Shown one piece after another: positions 25,745-34,315 of a stretch of 37,589 bases of DNA. Numbering within the stretch: position 1 is the first letter of the stretch; every line of letters begins with the position of its first letter. Under the pieces are notes generated by a model. It was given only the letters and a program-made list of their open reading frames with translations, did no database searches and was not told the origin of the DNA. The position numbers and the translations under genes were made by a program. The DNA comes from Deltaproteobacteria bacterium (GTDB taxonomy: Bacteria > SAR324 > NAC60-12): contig PBTB01000080.1 in assembly GCA_002726945.1 (NCBI GenBank), positions 1 through 37,589 on the forward strand, given 5' to 3'.

Positions 25745-26929
25745 ATGACTGCAAAACCCACCTTCAATTGGCCGGACCCCATGCTGCTCATGGAGCAGCT
25801 CACCGAGGAAGAACGACTCATCTGCGAAACCGCGAACGACTACTGCCAGTCCAAGTTGATGCCCCGCATCTTGGAGGCGACCCGCACGGAGACCTTTGAC
25901 CGCGAAATCCTTTATGAACTGGGTGAGTTGGGCTTTCTCGGCTCGACGATTCCGGAGGAGTATGGCGGCGTCGGGGCAAATCATCTGGCGTATGGCCTGA
26001 TTGCCCGCGAGGTGGAGCGGGTCGATTCCAGCTACCGCTCGGTGATGAGTGTGCAATCCAGCCTCGTGATGCACCCAATCTACACCTACGGCTCAGAGGA
26101 GCAACGCCAGAAATACCTGCCCAAGCTGGCCACCGGCGAGTGGGTGGGGTGCTTCGGGCTCACCGAACCCAACCACGGCTCGGATCCCGGAAGCATGGAA
26201 ACCCGCGCCCGCAAGGTTGATGGCGGTTTCCAGTTGTCCGGCAGCAAGATGTGGATTTCCAACTCGCCGATCGCGGATGTGTTGGTGATCTGGGCGAAAA
26301 ATGACAAGGGCCGCATCCAGGGTTTCATTCTGGATCAGGGCATGAAGGGACTGAGTACGCCGAAGATCGTGGGGAAACTCTCGCTCAAGGCGTCGATCAC
26401 GGGCGAGATCGTGATGGACAACGTTTTTGTTCCAGATGAGAATCTGCTCCCCGACGTCGAAGGACTCAAGGGGCCGTTCGGCTGTCTCAACAAAGCCCGC
26501 TACGGCATCGCGTGGGGGGTGATGGGCGCAGCAGAATTCTGCTGGCAAGCCGCACGGCAGTACACGCTGGATCGCATCCAGTTCGGGCGACCACTCGCCG
26601 CGAACCAACTCATCCAAAAGAAACTTGCGGACATGCAGACCGAAATCACCCTCGGTCTGCAAGGCTGTCTACGCATGGGCCGGATGATGGACAAGGGGGA
26701 ATGCGCCCCGGAACTCATCTCGCTGATGAAGCGCAATAACACCGGCAAGGCTCTGGACATTGCCCGCGCTTCCCGCGACATGCACGGCGGCAATGGCATC
26801 TCAGATGAGTTCCACGTCATGCGCCACGTCCTCAATCTTGAAACGGCCATCACCTATGAGGGCACCCACGACATCCACGCGCTCATCCTCGGACGCGCCC
26901 AGACGGGCATTCAGGCGTTCACCTGTTGA
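25745..26929 (+). CDS. gcdH: Glutaryl-CoA dehydrogenase (acyl-CoA dehydrogenase family)
   Basis: [38 protein letters not shown] and a C-terminal [15 protein letters not shown] pattern typical of GCDH; 394 aa. Confidence 0.85.
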   Translation: MTAKPTFNWPDPMLLMEQLTEEERLICETANDYCQSKLMPRILEATRTETFDREILYELGELGFLGSTIPEEYGGVGANHLAYGLIAREVERVDSSYRSVMSVQSSLVMHPIYTYGSEEQRQKYLPKLATGEWVGCFGLTEPNHGSDPGSMETRARKVDGGFQLSGSKMWISNSPIADVLVIWAKNDKGRIQGFILDQGMKGLSTPKIVGKLSLKASITGEIVMDNVFVPDENLLPDVEGLKGPFGCLNKARYGIAWGVMGAAEFCWQAARQYTLDRIQFGRPLAANQLIQKKLADMQTEITLGLQGCLRMGRMMDKGECAPELISLMKRNNTGKALDIARASRDMHGGNGISDEFHVMRHVLNLETAITYEGTHDIHALILGRAQTGIQAFTC

Positions 26930-27383
26930 TTGCATCCAATCCCCCGAAATCGATCAATCCTTCATTACCCAACCCAATGCTGGACAGCCCCCTACCAAAA
27001 AACACAAACACACCTGGAGTGTTGTTCCTCTAAAAATCGGGCAAAATAATTGTAACCCGGGGGGGACGCACCGGGAAACGCCGTCTATTCGCAAATCCCA
27101 AACCTGTACCGGGGAATTTTGCTGAGAACAGGCACAATACTCCAGGGGGGGGGACTATCCCACGCCGAAACCCGCGAAAAATCGCTCGATCAACTCCGAG
27201 GCGGCCCTGCACGGTGGAAACACCTTTGCGGCGTTGATGGATTGTGCTAAAGTCTGTTCGCGGGGCCAAGTCACTCAAGAGCTTTACCCGCTTGGCGGAC
27301 AATATCGACGGAACATGCAGCGGGCAGACGCCTCCGAAAAATCCATCCCTGAATCGTCCCGACTCCTCAACCCAAAACCTATT

Positions 27384-28397
27384 ATGATTGAACTGCTACA
27401 AAAGCTCCTGCGTGGGGAGAACCTGAGTTTTGACGAAGCCCGGGAGATGATCCTGTGGATCATGAGCGAGGAGGCAGTTCCGGTGAAGGCGGCGGCGCTG
27501 CTGGCGCTCTTGCAGGCAAAGGGCACGATTCCGGACGAGATGGCCGGGGCGGCCTCGGCGATGCGCGAGCGGGCGATGAAGATTCGGGCACCGGAAAACG
27601 TCATTGACACCTGTAGCACGGGCGGCAACGGCATCAGCACCTTCAACATCTCCACCTGCGCGGCGATCATCGCGGCGGCGGCAGGGGCGGTGGTCGCCAA
27701 ACACGGCAACCGCTCAAACACGCGCACAAGCGGCAGCGCCGAGGTGTTGGAGATGTTGGGAGTCAACATCGGCATGGGCATGGCAGGGGTGCAGCAGTGT
27801 CTCGACCAGCTTGGGCTGTGCTTCTGCTACGCCGTCAACCACCACCCCGCGATGCGCTTCGCCGGACCCATCCGCAAGGAGTTGGGCGTGCCGACCGTCT
27901 TCAACCTGCTGGGGCCACTCACTAACCCTGCCGGAGCCAAACGGCAGTTGATCGGGGTGCCGAACCAAGCGTTGACCCGTACCATGGCCGAGGTGCTGAA
28001 ACGCCTTGGGGCCAAGCAGGTGCTGGTCGTCCACGGGGAAGACGGACTCTGCGAACTCACGATGTCCGGAGCCACCTTCGTCGCGGAACTCCGGGATGGG
28101 GAAATCCGGGAATACACGATCACGCCGGAAGAACTGGGGCTGGAGCGCGGGGACCTGGATGCCATCCGCATCACGGAGGCTGAGGAAAGCGCAGCAACGA
28201 TCCGGGGCATCCTTTCCGGAACCGAACAAGGTCCTGCTCGTACCATTGCGTTGATGAACACTGCCGGAGCCTTGCTGGTCTCCGGAGTCACCGACGACCT
28301 TAAAGCCGGAGTCACGCTTGCCACCGAAGCCGTGGATTCCGGCAAGGCCCAGGCAAAATTGAACGCGCTGGTCGAGTTCACACAGCAGGCGGCCTGA
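27384..28397 (+). CDS. trpD: Anthranilate phosphoribosyltransferase
   Basis: DTCSTGGNGISTFNISTCAAIIAAAAGAVVAKHGNRS and NLLGPLTNPA. The start is called at the ATG at 27384 (MIELLQKLLRGENLSFDEAREM, the usual TrpD N-terminus). The track ORF starts 150 nt upstream. Confidence 0.92.
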   Translation: MIELLQKLLRGENLSFDEAREMILWIMSEEAVPVKAAALLALLQAKGTIPDEMAGAASAMRERAMKIRAPENVIDTCSTGGNGISTFNISTCAAIIAAAAGAVVAKHGNRSNTRTSGSAEVLEMLGVNIGMGMAGVQQCLDQLGLCFCYAVNHHPAMRFAGPIRKELGVPTVFNLLGPLTNPAGAKRQLIGVPNQALTRTMAEVLKRLGAKQVLVVHGEDGLCELTMSGATFVAELRDGEIREYTITPEELGLERGDLDAIRITEAEESAATIRGILSGTEQGPARTIALMNTAGALLVSGVTDDLKAGVTLATEAVDSGKAQAKLNALVEFTQQAA

Positions 28398-29201
28398 TCA
28401 TCCTGCTGACAGCACCTCTCGCATCAGGACCGGTTCGTTTGTGAACAACCCGTCCACTCCCCACGACAGCACCTTCTGCATCCGCTCCCGCGTGTCGATC
28501 GTGTAGGACAACACCCGCAATCCAGCCGCATGGGCTTGTTCAACCAATCGGGCTGTCAGTTGTCCCTTGTCCGGATTGAGGGTGATGGCGCGATTGGCTT
28601 GTGCGGTTTCCAGTGCCGACTTCAGCGGACCGTCCTCCCATAAAACTGCCAAATGGATTTCGGAATTGAGCTGCCGGATTCTCGGAAAGAAACGCCATTC
28701 GAAGCTGGAGATGAGGGTTGATTCATTGAGTCCATGCTTCCGGATGAGGTCCAGCACGTGCTGTTCCAGGGCATCCTCCGGATTGTCCTTCTCGAAACCT
28801 TCCGGTTTGAGTTCCACATTGATGGAGGTTTGCGGCCCGACTTGCCGAAACACCTCTTCCAGCGTTGGAATCCGGGCACCCCGGAACGGTTCTCCAAACC
28901 AGCTTCCGGCGTCAAGCCGTTGCAATTCCGGCAAAGTGAAATCCTGCACTCGTCCGGAACCGCTGGTGGTGCGGTTGAGTGTTTCATCGTGGATGACGAC
29001 CGGAACACGGTCCTGACTCAGCGAGACATCCAGCTCGATCATGTCGGCTCCTGCCTCGACCGCGGCCTCAAACGCCACCATGGTGTTTTCCGGAAACTGT
29101 CCGCTGAAACCCCGGTGGGCAATCACCCACGGGCGTTTTAGGGCTTGCAGGGCAGCGATGGACAGGGCACGATGGTTCATTGACAATCTAGGGTTCGGCA
29201 T
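28398..29201 (-). CDS. Glycerophosphodiester phosphodiesterase family protein
   Basis: VIAHRGFSGQFPENTMVAFEAAVEAGADMIELDVSLSQDRVPVVIHDETLNRTT. An alternative ATG lies at 29180. Confidence 0.88.
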   Translation of the reverse strand: MPNPRLSMNHRALSIAALQALKRPWVIAHRGFSGQFPENTMVAFEAAVEAGADMIELDVSLSQDRVPVVIHDETLNRTTSGSGRVQDFTLPELQRLDAGSWFGEPFRGARIPTLEEVFRQVGPQTSINVELKPEGFEKDNPEDALEQHVLDLIRKHGLNESTLISSFEWRFFPRIRQLNSEIHLAVLWEDGPLKSALETAQANRAITLNPDKGQLTARLVEQAHAAGLRVLSYTIDTRERMQKVLSWGVDGLFTNEPVLMREVLSAG

Positions 29202-29280
29202 TTAGAATGCATCGTACCAATTTGGTGCTGTTTCCAAAACAGTAGCGGCATTTGCAAAATCGGCAATTCAGGAGCTCCCC

Positions 29281-30195
29281 ATGTTCAAGTTCACCGACCT
29301 CAGCGATGATGATGTCTTCAAACCGGAAACCTGCCGCCTTGACGCGAAGGCGTTTTGGGAGAAGCGCCGGACCTCCAGCAAGCCCTATGTGTTTGACCTG
29401 CGCAGTCCGGAGGATCACGAAGCCGGGCACCTTCCCGGCGCCAACAGCCTGCCTGTGGAGCATTTCGAGAACTCGATCTACCAAATGCCCTTCACTGGAG
29501 ACATCCTGATCTACGGCAGCGAAAACGGAGAGGCGCTGACGGCGGGCGAAATCCTCTACGACAACGGGTTTGACACCTTTGGGTTCACCGAGGATTTCGA
29601 AGGGCTCTACCGTCCGGAGGGGAGCTGGCTCTCGGTGACTGACGATGCCTTGAAAATCCTCCGGGATCGTTTGACAGAAGAATCTGCCAAAGCCGTCCGG
29701 ATTGAGGTCGAATCCAGCAGCCCGCTCAAGGGCAGGTATGCCGTCGCCTATGTTCCGGATACGGAAAGCGTGGATGATCTAATCGGCTTCGAGGTGCAGG
29801 AAGTCCCGTTTGTGGCGGCACGGGAGGTGGTTCCGTTTTTGGAAGGAACCGAGATTTTCATCAACGGCGAAGACGAACTGGAAATTCAGAATCCCAACCT
29901 TTCGGTCAAGGCACTCATCGGCTCCATCGAAGAGCAGGTGCAGACGCTGCTGGACGACCAGGTCAACCCGATGGTGGCCGGACACGGCGGGGTGGTGTCG
30001 CTCCGGGGCATCGAGGACGGCAAGGTGTACCTCGAATTCGGAGGTGGATGCCAAGGCTGCGGGATGATTGACGTCACCCTCAAGCAGGGGGTCGAGGTGA
30101 TGCTGAAGGACCACATCCCGGACTTGGTGGGAATCTTTGACGTGACGGACCACGCGGAAGGCCAGAATCCGTACTATCAGGCTTCGTCGAAGTAG
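29281..30195 (+). CDS. Three-domain Fe-S biogenesis protein: rhodanese-like (Cys-less) + degenerate A-type (HesB/IscA-like) + Nfu C-terminal domain
   Basis: The rhodanese pattern DLRSPEDHEAGHLPGANSLP...ILIYGSENGEA has Gly where the catalytic Cys normally sits. The middle domain ends in the IQNPN-type motif and lacks the Cys ligands. The C-terminal Nfu domain has GGGCQGCG. Confidence 0.75.
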   Translation: MFKFTDLSDDDVFKPETCRLDAKAFWEKRRTSSKPYVFDLRSPEDHEAGHLPGANSLPVEHFENSIYQMPFTGDILIYGSENGEALTAGEILYDNGFDTFGFTEDFEGLYRPEGSWLSVTDDALKILRDRLTEESAKAVRIEVESSSPLKGRYAVAYVPDTESVDDLIGFEVQEVPFVAAREVVPFLEGTEIFINGEDELEIQNPNLSVKALIGSIEEQVQTLLDDQVNPMVAGHGGVVSLRGIEDGKVYLEFGGGCQGCGMIDVTLKQGVEVMLKDHIPDLVGIFDVTDHAEGQNPYYQASSK

Positions 30196-30201
30196 CCCGG
30201 A

Positions 30202-31242
30202 TTAGGACGCTGCTTCCTCAAGTTCCCGTGCCGAGCGCATCACTTCAAGGTTGTCGCTCACCTCACGGGCGATCAGGTCGTTGAGCTTGAGTTGGGCGCA
30301 TTCATGGGCGTGCCGAATCGCGTTGCGGAGGGTCCGGGGCGTGGAGTTTCCGTGGCAGATGATGACGGTTCCGTTCACGCCTAGGAGCGGTGCCCCACCG
30401 ACTTCTGTGTAGTCTGCACGATCCTTGAGCGCCTGAAACGCGCCGCGCATTCCCAAGTAGCCGAGCTTGGAGAGCCACGACCGGCTGACCTCCTGCTTGA
30501 TCACGTTGCGGACCAGATCGAAGGTGCCCTCTGCGACCTTGAGCGTCATGTTCCCCACAAAGCCGTCGCAGACAATCACGTCCGCCGCCCCCTTGTACAT
30601 GGCCTTGCCCTCGACGTTGCCAACAAACTTCAGGGTGCTTTGCTCCAGCAGCGGGTAGGTGTCCCGGACCACGGAATCTCCCTTGCCCGATTCCTCGCCA
30701 ATGTTGAGGAGACCAATCCGGGGTTCGTCCAAGTGCTGCAGCAGCCGGGAATAGGCGTCGCCCATCACGGCAAATTGGACAAGGTAGAGCGGCTTGCAGT
30801 CGGTGTTGGCCCCGATGTCGAGCAGGACGAAGGACTGGTTGCGGAGGATGGAGGGCATGAGGGTGGCGATCGCCGGGCGTTCGATCCCTTCGATCACCTT
30901 GAGGACGAACTTCGCGGTGGCCATCACGGCCCCCGTGTTGCCTGCGCTGATCATCGCGCTCACTTCCCCGGACTGGAGGTCGTTGAGGGCGATGCGGATG
31001 GAGGATTGCTTTTTCTGACGGAGGGCCAGCGCCGGGGATTCGTGCATCTCGACGACCTCGGTGCAGTGGACCACGTCCACCTTGACTGGATTGAAGCGGT
31101 GCTGCTTCAATACCCCGCGAATCTGGGATTCATCACCATACAGCACGATGTCAATGCCGAAGTCGTTAGCCGCCTGAACGGCCCCGGCAATTGGCTTGGT
31201 GAGCGGGGAATCCCCACCCATTGCGTCCACCCCGATGCGCAT
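30202..31242 (-). CDS. plsX: Phosphate acyltransferase PlsX
   Basis: MRIGVDAMGGD, GNVEG, VVCDGFVGN-type motifs, and conserved synteny with rpmF and yceD. Confidence 0.95.
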   Translation of the reverse strand: MRIGVDAMGGDSPLTKPIAGAVQAANDFGIDIVLYGDESQIRGVLKQHRFNPVKVDVVHCTEVVEMHESPALALRQKKQSSIRIALNDLQSGEVSAMISAGNTGAVMATAKFVLKVIEGIERPAIATLMPSILRNQSFVLLDIGANTDCKPLYLVQFAVMGDAYSRLLQHLDEPRIGLLNIGEESGKGDSVVRDTYPLLEQSTLKFVGNVEGKAMYKGAADVIVCDGFVGNMTLKVAEGTFDLVRNVIKQEVSRSWLSKLGYLGMRGAFQALKDRADYTEVGGAPLLGVNGTVIICHGNSTPRTLRNAIRHAHECAQLKLNDLIAREVSDNLEVMRSARELEEAAS

Positions 31243-31265
31243 GTTCCAGTCCTGAAAGTCCTGGA

Positions 31266-31451
31266 TCAGTCAAGGGAGTCGACTTCAACGACCTGCACTC
31301 CCTTGTAATACCCACACTCCGGGCAAACCCGGTGGGGCCGGACGAGAGCGTGGCAGTTCGTGCATTCGGAAAGCGCGGGTTGCACGAGTTTGATGTGACC
31401 GCGGCGTTTGTCGCGCTTGCTGCGCGAGGTTCGGCTCTGAGGTACAGGCAT
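31266..31451 (-). CDS. rpmF: 50S ribosomal protein L32
   Basis: MPVPQSRTSRSKRDKRRGH... with a C..C...C..C zinc ribbon. It lies between yceD and plsX as in most bacteria. Confidence 0.93.
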   Translation of the reverse strand: MPVPQSRTSRSKRDKRRGHIKLVQPALSECTNCHALVRPHRVCPECGYYKGVQVVEVDSLD

Positions 31452-31517
31452 AGTAGGCTTGTGGGTAGCTGGTTAGTGGTCGCTAATCGCTGGTTTCAAA
31501 TCCGGAATCAATGGGAT

Positions 31518-32057
31518 TCAGTCATCGTTGTTCAGTTTTTGCAGTGCAGCAAATGGGCTGTCCAAGAAATCCGGTTCGGAACAGCGGCATTCCGCATGGT
31601 TCAAGTTCACTCCGCAGTTGCCGCACAGTCCCTGACAAGTTGCTGAACACAAGACCTTGAGCGGCAGGGCGAGCATGGTCTGCTCTTCCAGCAACTCACC
31701 CAGTTCGAGCCACCCTTTGTCGTAATAGCGGGTGTCCAGATCCTGAGTCGATAAAATGGTCTCTGGCCCCAAGTGATTGAGCTGCTCTTCCGGAAGCAAC
31801 AGGAGGTGAAAGGTTTCGTCCACCTCATGCGCTACTGAATCCAGACAACGATCACAGGGAATGTACAACTGAACCTGCACCCGCCCCTGGGTGTTAACCG
31901 CCTTGCCCTGCCGCTTAAAAACGATGTTAAAGACCAGTTCGGAGTGAGGTTCGACGGCGAGTTTCATGAGTCGCGGCGTTTCATCCGGAGGAAGCTGGTC
32001 CTGCAATTCCAGCAGATGCGTCTCCGGAATCTCCGCGACTGCAAGTCGTAGAGTCAT
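31518..32057 (-). CDS. yceD: YceD/DUF177 family protein
   Basis: C-terminal CSATCQGLCGNCGVNLNHAECRC motif and its position immediately upstream of rpmF. Confidence 0.85.
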   Translation of the reverse strand: MTLRLAVAEIPETHLLELQDQLPPDETPRLMKLAVEPHSELVFNIVFKRQGKAVNTQGRVQVQLYIPCDRCLDSVAHEVDETFHLLLLPEEQLNHLGPETILSTQDLDTRYYDKGWLELGELLEEQTMLALPLKVLCSATCQGLCGNCGVNLNHAECRCSEPDFLDSPFAALQKLNNDD

Positions 32058-32062
32058 GGGTG

Positions 32063-32380
32063 CTAGACGTCCCCTTCCGCAGCGCTGATTTCCTCCAAGG
32101 TCCGGGCGGTCGGCAGCGGATCCGTTTTCTCAATGATGACCGGATACTTCTCGCAAGCCTCTTCGTTGATCTGGAGATACTCCTGCCATTTGTCAGGAGC
32201 ATCCACATCGGCGTAGATCGCCTCAACGGGGCATTCCTCCACGCAGGCGTTGCAGTCAATGCAGGTCTCGGGATTGATGTAAAGCATCTCCGGACCTTCA
32301 TGAAACGCCTCAACCGGGCAGACTTCCACGCAGTCGGTGTACTTGCAGGCGTTGCAGTTCTCAGTGACGATGTAGGTCAT
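32063..32380 (-). CDS. fdxA: Ferredoxin, FdxA-type (3Fe-4S/4Fe-4S)
   Basis: MTYIVTENCNACKYTDCVEVCPVEAFHEG...CIDCNACVEECPVEAI is the classic 7Fe ferredoxin cysteine pattern. Confidence 0.9.
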   Translation of the reverse strand: MTYIVTENCNACKYTDCVEVCPVEAFHEGPEMLYINPETCIDCNACVEECPVEAIYADVDAPDKWQEYLQINEEACEKYPVIIEKTDPLPTARTLEEISAAEGDV

Positions 32381-32483
32381 TTATGAGCTCCTTAGACTTG
32401 TACCGGGGACAGAAAAGCAATAACATTGCAGTATGGCCCATTTGAAGGTTCGCACAAGTCAAAACTGAGTCATCCCCCTTGCC

Positions 32484-33686
32484 ATGGACCGTTCACTCAA
32501 GGGTAAAATCCAGCCTCCTAGGCATCGGTCCTCAGCTGCTTCCGGATGGCTGGGGAACCTATTGATTTTAGGGACCGTGTTGCTTGCCGGATGCACCGCC
32601 AGCAATGACGGTGGCGATGGAGGCGCAACCATAACCACCAGCAACTCAAACTGCACTACCGCCACCGCCTCGGGGGATTCCACAGGGTCGAGCAGTTACA
32701 CAGCCAGCACCCTCACGCTCAGCAGCGGTTCCGGGAGCTTCACGCTGCCGTCCAACGTGCTGTCGTTTGTGGTATCAGCCACGGGTTCCGATCCACGCTT
32801 TTCCACTCTCACCCGTGCAGATGGCACCAATGTGCTGGGGTTGACCTCTCAAAACCAATCGGACACGTATTCGGTTTTTGCGTATGGCCAATCCGATTAT
32901 GTGAACTTCCTCGTGCCACTCGACAGTTCCCTCACCGCCACCTCCGGAAGCTGGACGGTGGCCACCACCAACGCCACCGGGGCCAAGGTGGTGGTGCGCT
33001 CCGGCACCGTTTCCGATACCCCGACCCTCATCGTGCAGCCCTACCTCACCGGTACCACCTACTCCGCTTCGGACCTTTCAACTGCGCTGACGACGATGCA
33101 GACCATCTACAGCAACAACGGGGTCACGCTGACGGTGAATTCCGTGCAGACCATTTCCGGGAGCCAGTACACCTCGGTGAGTTCTTCCTTCATGGACAAC
33201 ACCACCTCGGCGCTCCTCAATCAAGGGCAAACCGACAACATTTCGCTGTTTTTTGTGGAAGATTTCAGTGGCAGCAGTTCCGGGTTGCTCGGAAAGTCTG
33301 CAGGAATCCCCGGCTCGCTTGGAGTGTCCGGAAACCACAACGGAGTGCTGGTTGGACTGACAGGACACGCTTCCGGAGGCAGTCTGCAAACTCAACTGCT
33401 TGCGGAAACCACCGGGCACGAGATAGGGCACTTCCTAGGGCTCTACCACCCCACCGAGTACGCAGGCATCCTTTTCGATCCGCTCTCCGACACCCCGGAA
33501 TGCGGGAGTGCGAACGACAGCGACAGCAGCGGCAAGGTCTCCGCCGAGGAGTGCGAGAGCTACGGCGGCGGCAACCTGATGTTCTGGACCGCCTACACCA
33601 CGTCGTCACGAAACTCCGGGAAGAAGCAGGAAACCCTTTGCTCCAACCAAGTGAGGGTGATCCGCTACTCTCCCATTGCCCAATGA
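32484..33686 (+). CDS. Secreted lipoprotein, M43 (pappalysin/cytophagalysin-like) zinc metalloprotease
   Basis: Lipobox LLAGC after a hydrophobic signal, a Ser/Thr-rich linker, the metzincin motif HEIGHFLGLYH, and a downstream SDTPEC and NLMFW pattern typical of M43. Confidence 0.75.
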   Translation: MDRSLKGKIQPPRHRSSAASGWLGNLLILGTVLLAGCTASNDGGDGGATITTSNSNCTTATASGDSTGSSSYTASTLTLSSGSGSFTLPSNVLSFVVSATGSDPRFSTLTRADGTNVLGLTSQNQSDTYSVFAYGQSDYVNFLVPLDSSLTATSGSWTVATTNATGAKVVVRSGTVSDTPTLIVQPYLTGTTYSASDLSTALTTMQTIYSNNGVTLTVNSVQTISGSQYTSVSSSFMDNTTSALLNQGQTDNISLFFVEDFSGSSSGLLGKSAGIPGSLGVSGNHNGVLVGLTGHASGGSLQTQLLAETTGHEIGHFLGLYHPTEYAGILFDPLSDTPECGSANDSDSSGKVSAEECESYGGGNLMFWTAYTTSSRNSGKKQETLCSNQVRVIRYSPIAQ

Positions 33687-33693
33687 GGTCAGC

Positions 33694-34209
33694 ATGAAAA
33701 ACAATAAACTGATGAAGGTCGGAATGACCACGTTGATCCTCCTCTGGGCCACAACGAGTTGGGCCGTCCCGCCGCACAGCCAGGTGCTTGGCTTGCTCGA
33801 AGGTCGGCACTGGCAGCTTGACCCGGGAGCGTTCCGGAGACTGGGCGCGGGAACCGCGCAGGTTCTTCAGGAACTTGCGGACAACGATTCGCTCACGAAC
33901 TACCTGCGTTTCCGGGCGCTGGAGGCGCTGACGGCGTTCCCGAAAGACCAAACTGCCGCCTTTCTGGAAGCCTTCTCCCAGCGAACCGCACCCCATTTCG
34001 CCCGTCGCGGGGTGGAAGCGCTCTCCCGTGGATTCGGACAGACACATCCTCGGCATGTGCAGCGGACTGCCGAAGCCCTCTCCCGACACCCAAACCCCCA
34101 AGTTCGGCTCTCTGCAGGGCGTGCGCTCAAGGGAACCGCTCCGGAGCAGTTCCAGCGCTTCCTGCGCTCCGAACCCGAAGGCTGGATCCGGGAAGCCTTG
34201 AGTCGCTAG
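33694..34209 (+). CDS. Exported HEAT-repeat-like protein
   Basis: Signal peptide MKNNKLMKVGMTTLILLWATTSWA. HEAT-like repeats (YLRFRALEALTAF; NPQVRLSAGRAL). It starts 8 nt after the protease stop. Confidence 0.55.
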   Translation: MKNNKLMKVGMTTLILLWATTSWAVPPHSQVLGLLEGRHWQLDPGAFRRLGAGTAQVLQELADNDSLTNYLRFRALEALTAFPKDQTAAFLEAFSQRTAPHFARRGVEALSRGFGQTHPRHVQRTAEALSRHPNPQVRLSAGRALKGTAPEQFQRFLRSEPEGWIREALSR

Positions 34210-34248
34210 GTCCGGAACCATTCTGCCGCTCGGCTTAGCCTTGGAAAA

Positions 34249-34272
34249 ATCACGCATTTGTGATAGTTTTTT
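34249..34272 (+). terminator. Weak candidate intrinsic terminator
   Basis: ATCAC-GCATTT-GTGAT hairpin followed by AG and TTTTTT. The stem is only 5 bp. Confidence 0.3.
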
Positions 34273-34315
34273 CCCTTGTTCCATTTTGCCTTTTCCCTGT
34301 TTTTTCCGTAACTGA

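Noticed and set aside
25583-26074. N-terminal 164 codons of the 326-aa track ORF containing ccmH
   Set aside because: The extension is antisense to the well-supported gcdH gene. A canonical signal peptide begins at the internal ATG at 25582, so only 25094-25582 is called.
27035-27130. Resemblance of GGGCAAAA...GGGACGCA to the c-di-GMP-I (GEMM) riboswitch core; I also checked for tmRNA, SRP RNA and RNase P hallmarks
   Set aside because: Only two short blocks match. The GNRA hairpin and tetraloop-receptor arrangement of GEMM-I is absent. No tRNA-like end, no AAGCAG SRP motif and no GGAAAGUCCGG RNase P motif are present.
27215-27229. A sigma-54 -24/-12 promoter as a stand-alone feature
   Set aside because: Only the GG-N10-GC core and TTGC match; the TGGCAC consensus reads TGGAAA. 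The site overlaps a stable hairpin, and no enhancer-binding protein gene is nearby. I mention it only inside the trpD-leader finding.
27234-27383. 50-codon N-terminal extension of trpD in the track ORF
   Set aside because: TrpD family N-termini begin at the MIELLQKLL...LSFDEA helix. The extension has no family counterpart and lies in the structured non-coding region.
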